Shown: in pieces, positions 56,928 through 64,000 of the stretch
Layout of the letters: every line of letters starts with the position of its first letter
How positions within the stretch are numbered: position 1 is the stretch's first letter
Made by a program: the position numbers and the translations under genes
Assembly: GCA_036745755.1 (NCBI GenBank)
Contig: DAIOFM010000001.1
Coordinates: forward strand, 13,796 to 77,795
Direction of reading: 5' to 3'
Origin: Spirochaetota bacterium
GTDB lineage: Bacteria; Spirochaetota; UBA4802; UBA5550
DNA length: 64,000 nucleotides
Notes under the pieces: model-generated
The model's input: only the letters and a program-made list of their open reading frames with translations
Databases searched by the model: none
What the model was told of the DNA's origin: nothing

Positions 56928-58052
56928 ATGAAAATTAATGTTAACAAGGATCTTTTACTGAAAGGTATAGGTATAGCTGATTCAGTAATATCTTCAAAAA
57001 ATATAAACACAGTCCTGTCCAACTGCCTGTTTAATATTTCAAATGATCAGGTTGAAATAATCGGAACAGACAATGAAATGGCTATTAAAACAAAAATCGA
57101 AGCGGTATCAAATGGCAGTCTATCATTCACTGCAAACGGAAAAAAATTCTCAAGCATTGTGAAAGAACTCCCTGATGATGAAATTGTAATTAATATTAAC
57201 GACTCCAATGTTATAGAAATTAAATCAGCAAACGTAAAAGGACATTATACTCTTTACGGTACAGCATCAGATGAATATCCTGAACTCCCTGAGATAAGTA
57301 TGGATAATTCCATGGAACTGGATCAGGCCGTATTAAAAGAGATGATAAAAAAAGTAATATATGCGGCAGCAAACGATACAATAAAACCGGTTTTCAACAG
57401 TATTTATCTTGTCTCTGAAAATCCGGGATCAATAACAGCCATCGCTACTGATTCCCGAAGATTATCAATGATAACACGGAGTATAGATAGCGACATAATC
57501 GTAGGGGAAGGAATAATAATTCCGCTTAAAACTATAAATGAGGTCTTCAGACTTCTTAATAATACAGGTACCTGCAGAATATCCTTTGATAGTAATCAGT
57601 GTTATTTCAAAATTGATGATACTGAAATTATATCCAGAATTGTCGACGGCCAGTTTCCAAATTATAAACAGATTATACCTAAAGAATACAGCCTGAAGGC
57701 TGTTATAGAAACCACACGAATACTTGATTCTGTAAAAAGGGCAATGATATTTACACGGGAGCCTGCTTATAAAATAATAATGACTTTTAATAAGGATAAT
57801 CTTAAAATCGAGGCAAATACTCCTGAACTTGGAAAAGCTGAAGAGGAGATTAATTTTGAATCGGACAGCAAAGAAAAAATTATTCTTGGGATTAACGCTC
57901 AGTTTCTTCTGGATACCCTTAAACAGGTAAATTCCTATTCATTCGTATGCGGTATAACGGGACAGATGAGTCCTGTAACAATTATACCAGAGGATGATAA
58001 AAACTATATATCTGTTATTATGCCTATACAGATAAAAACCGCATCTGAATAG
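56928..58052 (+). CDS. dnaN: DNA polymerase III beta sliding clamp
   Basis: Three-domain length (374 aa). Motifs …ATDSRRL…, IVDGQFPNYKQIIP, position after dnaA. Confidence 0.95.
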   Translation: MKINVNKDLLLKGIGIADSVISSKNINTVLSNCLFNISNDQVEIIGTDNEMAIKTKIEAVSNGSLSFTANGKKFSSIVKELPDDEIVININDSNVIEIKSANVKGHYTLYGTASDEYPELPEISMDNSMELDQAVLKEMIKKVIYAAANDTIKPVFNSIYLVSENPGSITAIATDSRRLSMITRSIDSDIIVGEGIIIPLKTINEVFRLLNNTGTCRISFDSNQCYFKIDDTEIISRIVDGQFPNYKQIIPKEYSLKAVIETTRILDSVKRAMIFTREPAYKIIMTFNKDNLKIEANTPELGKAEEEINFESDSKEKIILGINAQFLLDTLKQVNSYSFVCGITGQMSPVTIIPEDDKNYISVIMPIQIKTASE

Positions 58053-58054
58053 TA

Positions 58055-59155
58055 ATGATACTTCAGACTCTTAAACTTATGAATTTCAGAAACTACCAGT
58101 CTCTGGAAATCAGTTTTTCTCCTGATATTAATTTTATTACAGGAAATAACGGATCTGGTAAAACAAATATTATTGAAGCCGTTTCAGTAATATCAAACCT
58201 GAAATCTTTCAGAAATATATCAGATTCGCATATAGTAAAATGGGGAAACAAATCATATTACTGCAGCGGGGATATTGAAAAATCTGAATATGAAAAATTT
58301 GAAGTCGGTTTTTTTAATGACAGTGAAAAGATAAAAAAAAAAATTAAAATAGACGGCAGAGAGATTACCAGGGCTTCTGACTATTACGGCAAACTTCTCA
58401 CAGTGGTTTTCAGCCCTTCTGACATAAATATAATTAACGGGGCTCCTGAAATACGCAGAAGGTATATTGATTCAGTTATATCTAAAATATATCCTGATTA
58501 TATAGATGAGTTGAATGAATTCAGGTCTGTTTTAAATTCAAGAAATGTACTTCTGAAAAAAATAAGAGAAGGTCATTCTGACAGTAAGCAGCTGAATATA
58601 TGGGACAGGCTTTTTGCTGATAAGGCATTTATAATATTTAAAAGACGTAAAGATTTTATTAAAATATTTAACGGTTATTTTAAGGATTCCTATTCCCTGA
58701 TAAGCAGTGAACCAGAGTCACCTGAAATAAGGTATGCTTCTGCAAATTTTGAAAATGCTGATGAATTATACAGTTTTGTTCAGGCAAGGTTAAAAGAGGA
58801 TATGAGAAAGGGGAATACCGGTACTGGTCCGCAGAGAGACGATTATATTTTTCATAACAGCTCTTTAGTAAATTTTAATAATTTTGCATCACAGGGACAG
58901 AGACGGACGGCATCTATATCTTTAAAACTTGCTGAATTTGAGATTATAAGACAGATAAAAGGTAAAAAAAGTATTATTCTGGTCGATGATATATTTTCAG
59001 AACTTGACGAAAAGAGACGTGGTAATATGATTGATCTACTGAGAGATAAAAACCAGATTATTTTTACCATGGTCACAACTGATTATATTAAGAGCGACAT
59101 TCCAGGTGATATTAAAAGATTTTCTGTTGAAAGCGGAATAATACAAAATAATTGA
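58055..59155 (+). CDS. recF: DNA replication and repair protein RecF
   Basis: Walker A GNNGSGKTNIIEA, signature SQGQRRT, Walker B ILVDDIFSELD. Confidence 0.95.
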   Translation: MILQTLKLMNFRNYQSLEISFSPDINFITGNNGSGKTNIIEAVSVISNLKSFRNISDSHIVKWGNKSYYCSGDIEKSEYEKFEVGFFNDSEKIKKKIKIDGREITRASDYYGKLLTVVFSPSDINIINGAPEIRRRYIDSVISKIYPDYIDELNEFRSVLNSRNVLLKKIREGHSDSKQLNIWDRLFADKAFIIFKRRKDFIKIFNGYFKDSYSLISSEPESPEIRYASANFENADELYSFVQARLKEDMRKGNTGTGPQRDDYIFHNSSLVNFNNFASQGQRRTASISLKLAEFEIIRQIKGKKSIILVDDIFSELDEKRRGNMIDLLRDKNQIIFTMVTTDYIKSDIPGDIKRFSVESGIIQNN

Positions 59156-59168
59156 TCAGGAAAAAAAT

Positions 59169-59509
59169 TTGAAATTCAGGTTTGGAGATAAAAGGAAAAA
59201 AAATACAGTTTCTTTCAGTAATCTGGTTTCTGATATTATTGATGATCTTGATTTAAATGAATCTTTTTTCATGGAAAGACTTAGAGAAAGGTGGCCTGAA
59301 TATGTTGGCAACATTCTTTCAACTCATAGTTTTCCTGACAGGATATTCAGTAATATCCTGTTTATCAGAGTAGACCATTCCGTATATGCCAATGAGCTTT
59401 CTATGCATCAGGGTTTTATACTTAAAAAAGTAAAAGAGGATTTCGGTTCAGGTTATATTAATGCTATAAGGTTTGAAGTTAAGAAAAGCAGATGGAACAG
59501 GAATAAATA

Positions 59510-59510
<1 letters not shown>
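59169..59510 (+). CDS. DUF721/DciA-family protein
   Basis: LRERWPEYVGNILSTHSFPDRIFSNILFIRVDHSVYANEL matches the DUF721 pattern. Classic recF-gyrB location. TTG start. Confidence 0.72.
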
Positions 59511-61664
<2,154 letters not shown>

Positions 61665-61688
61665 TATTATATTTACCGGAGATAAGAA

Positions 61689-64000
61689 GTGCCATCGAAA
61701 AAAGATAAATACAAGCCACAGAATAGCAGTGTAATTAATGTCGAAATAGAAGACCAGATGAAAGTTGCATATATTGATTATGCAATGAGCGTAATTGTAG
61801 GAAGGGCTCTTCCGGATGTAAGGGATGGGCTTAAACCTGTTCACAGGCGTATTCTACATGCCATGAACGAAAGAGCCTGGAGAAGCGACAGGCCATATGT
61901 AAAATCAGCGAAAATTGTCGGTGAAGTTATAGGTAATTATCATCCCCATGGTGATGCTGCTGTCTATGATACAATGGTCAGGATGGCCCAGGATTTTTCA
62001 ATGAGAATGACTTTAATTGACGGCCAGGGCAACTTCGGATCTGTTGATGGAGATCCAGCTGCAGCTTACAGGTATACTGAAGCAAGAATGAACAAAATGG
62101 CAGAAGAACTGCTGCATGATATTGACAAGGAAACAGTTGATTTCACTCCGAACTTTGATGATACCAGGAAGGAACCGGTTGTACTTCCTGCAGCTTATCC
62201 TAATCTCCTGGTAAACGGCTCAGAAGGTATTGCTGTGGGGATGGCAACAAAGATTCCTCCTCACAACCTTGGAGAAGTAATAGATGCGACAGTTCACCTA
62301 ATTGATAATCCTGATGCCACAATAAAGAATCTGATGAAATTTATAAAAGGTCCTGATTTTCCCACAGGTGCTTCAATTATGGGAAATGAGGGAATTGTTA
62401 AAGCCTATTCAACAGGGCGTGGAAGCGTTATTATACGTGGAAAATATAGTATTGAAGAGGGTAAGAAAGGAAGAGAGGAGATAATTATTACTGAAATACC
62501 TTTTCAGGTAAATAAGGCCAATCTTATAACACGAATCGCTGATCTTGTAAATGGCAAGATCATTGAAGGAATATCAGAATTAAGGGACGAATCTGACAGA
62601 AACGGTATGAGAATATATATCGGCCTGAAAAAAGATGCTAACAGCAATATTATTATAAATAAACTTCTTAAACATACGCCTCTTCAGACTTCTTTCGGAA
62701 TCATACTTCTTGCTCTTGTTGAAGGAGTGCCGAAAATTCTGGATCTTAAAGGGCTTCTTTCTAATTATATTCTTCACAGGCGTGAAGTTGTTATAAGAAG
62801 AACTAAATATGATTTAAGAAAAGCAGAAGAGAGAGCTCATATTCTCGAAGGTCTGAAAATTGCCCTGGAAAATATAGATGAAGTTATTGCTATAATTAAA
62901 GGTTCTAAAACTCCGGATGAAGCTTCCGGTAAACTCATTAAAAAATTTCAACTTACGGAAATTCAGGCAAAAGCTATTCTTGAAATGAGACTGCAGAGAC
63001 TTACAAGTCTTGAAGTTAAAAAGATAATAGATGAGTTAAAAGAACTCCAGAAACTTATAAGTGAGCTTAAAGCACTTTTGAAAAGTGAAGTAAAAATAAA
63101 TAATCTTATTAAAACAGAACTTACGACAATAAGAGACAAATATTCTGATAAAAGAAAAACTGAAATATTACTTGGTGCCGCATCAAATACAGATTTTGAT
63201 ATAGAAGACCTCATTGCTGACGAGAGTATGGTTGTTTCAATAACAAATGACGGTTTTATCAGAAGAATGCCAATTGATACTTTTAAAAAACAGGGCCGTG
63301 GTGGTAAAGGTGTCATGGGGATGTCTTCCAAACGTGAAGATTTTATTAAAATGATGACCGTTGCTGCAACACATGATACTGTTTTTCTTTTTTCAAATAA
63401 AGGTAAGATTTTTGCGCTGAAGACATATGAAATTCCTCAATCTTCAAAAGCAAGCAGAGGTAAATCTCTCAAGGGAATAATAAACCTTGCATCAGGCGAG
63501 AACATAACAGCTATCTGTTCAATTAAAAGTTTTGATACTGATGATTATCTCTGCATGGCAACAAAATTCGGTATACTTAAAAAGACAGCTGTTGATGAAT
63601 TTGTGAATGCAAAAAAAGGGGGAATTATCTGTGTAAATCTTAAAAAAGATGATGAACTCGTTGATGTTAAGGTTGTTGAAAAAGAGAGTGATATTGTAAT
63701 AGCATCTAAAAAAGGCTCTCTTCTTCGTACAAATCTTCTTAAAATGCGATCTATGGGGCGTACTGCTGCCGGGATAATAGGGATGAGACTTGCCAGTGAT
63801 GATTATATTATAGGAATGGATATAGTTAAATCAAATTCCTCCCTTTTTGTGATAACTGATAAAGGTTTTGGGAAAAGGGTTTCTTATAATAATTTTGTAA
63901 ATAAGGGCCGTGGCGGCAAAGGAATGGCATATCTTAAGATAACTGATAAAAACGGTGATGCTGCAGGTATCAGATCTGTTATGATAAAGGATGAGATAAT
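61689..64000 (+). CDS. gyrA: DNA gyrase subunit A (3' end beyond the window)
   Basis: Absent from the ORF track because no stop occurs before the window end. GTG after GGAG. YIDYAMSVIVGRALPDVRDGLKPVHRR, HPHGD, active-site AAYRYTEAR. C-terminal beta-pinwheel repeats begin. Confidence 0.97.
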   Translation, partial: MPSKKDKYKPQNSSVINVEIEDQMKVAYIDYAMSVIVGRALPDVRDGLKPVHRRILHAMNERAWRSDRPYVKSAKIVGEVIGNYHPHGDAAVYDTMVRMAQDFSMRMTLIDGQGNFGSVDGDPAAAYRYTEARMNKMAEELLHDIDKETVDFTPNFDDTRKEPVVLPAAYPNLLVNGSEGIAVGMATKIPPHNLGEVIDATVHLIDNPDATIKNLMKFIKGPDFPTGASIMGNEGIVKAYSTGRGSVIIRGKYSIEEGKKGREEIIITEIPFQVNKANLITRIADLVNGKIIEGISELRDESDRNGMRIYIGLKKDANSNIIINKLLKHTPLQTSFGIILLALVEGVPKILDLKGLLSNYILHRREVVIRRTKYDLRKAEERAHILEGLKIALENIDEVIAIIKGSKTPDEASGKLIKKFQLTEIQAKAILEMRLQRLTSLEVKKIIDELKELQKLISELKALLKSEVKINNLIKTELTTIRDKYSDKRKTEILLGAASNTDFDIEDLIADESMVVSITNDGFIRRMPIDTFKKQGRGGKGVMGMSSKREDFIKMMTVAATHDTVFLFSNKGKIFALKTYEIPQSSKASRGKSLKGIINLASGENITAICSIKSFDTDDYLCMATKFGILKKTAVDEFVNAKKGGIICVNLKKDDELVDVKVVEKESDIVIASKKGSLLRTNLLKMRSMGRTAAGIIGMRLASDDYIIGMDIVKSNSSLFVITDKGFGKRVSYNNFVNKGRGGKGMAYLKITDKNGDAAGIRSVMIKDEI

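Overview
Origin-proximal chromosomal segment of a diderm bacterium. It is roughly 40% GC by eye, with lipoproteins, an OmpA-like domain and a beta-barrel OMP. I saw no rRNA, tRNA, CRISPR, transposase, integrase or phage genes. The right end carries the replication core dnaA-dnaN-recF-DUF721(DciA-like)-DUF370(RemB-like)-gyrB-gyrA (gyrA runs off the window), flanked by two AT-rich candidate oriC regions. The rest is mostly housekeeping, transport and signalling: PhoR-like kinase (5' partial), LysE, HAD, LarA-like, YhhN, MCP, ClC channel + PrsW, patatin, Deg-like protease, AzlCD, flavin-reductase-rubredoxin (Hrb-like) + rubrerythrin, uracil permease, CHASE4-GGDEF-EAL, Ogt, RibF, LysS, split LysO, PstCA, PanE, SurE and TPR proteins. 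Most noteworthy: (1) a compact minus-strand operon (19.9-24.9 kb) combining a Rab/Ras-like small GTPase with a membrane protein I read as wHTH + Roadblock/LC7-like + TM + BON + OmpA_C, a PAS-PP2C phosphatase and a PAS-HD-GYP c-di-GMP phosphodiesterase. Both enzymes share a paralogous N-terminal sensor domain. A convergent PilZ gene and a divergent MarR gene with a perfect 28-bp palindrome flank it. (2) A variant System I cytochrome c maturation operon with a CXXXY-type CcmE, no ccmH/ccmG, an untracked ccmD-like mini-ORF, and a leading CDGSH-like gene lacking one cluster Cys. (3) A 1050-aa HEAT-like protein ending in what looks like a catalytically dead class III cyclase domain. (4) A G9 homopolymer just after the lipobox Cys of a lipoprotein gene. 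All function calls come from motif reading by eye; no searches were run. Many ORF-track starts look like upstream extensions and were trimmed to starts with a Shine-Dalgarno.
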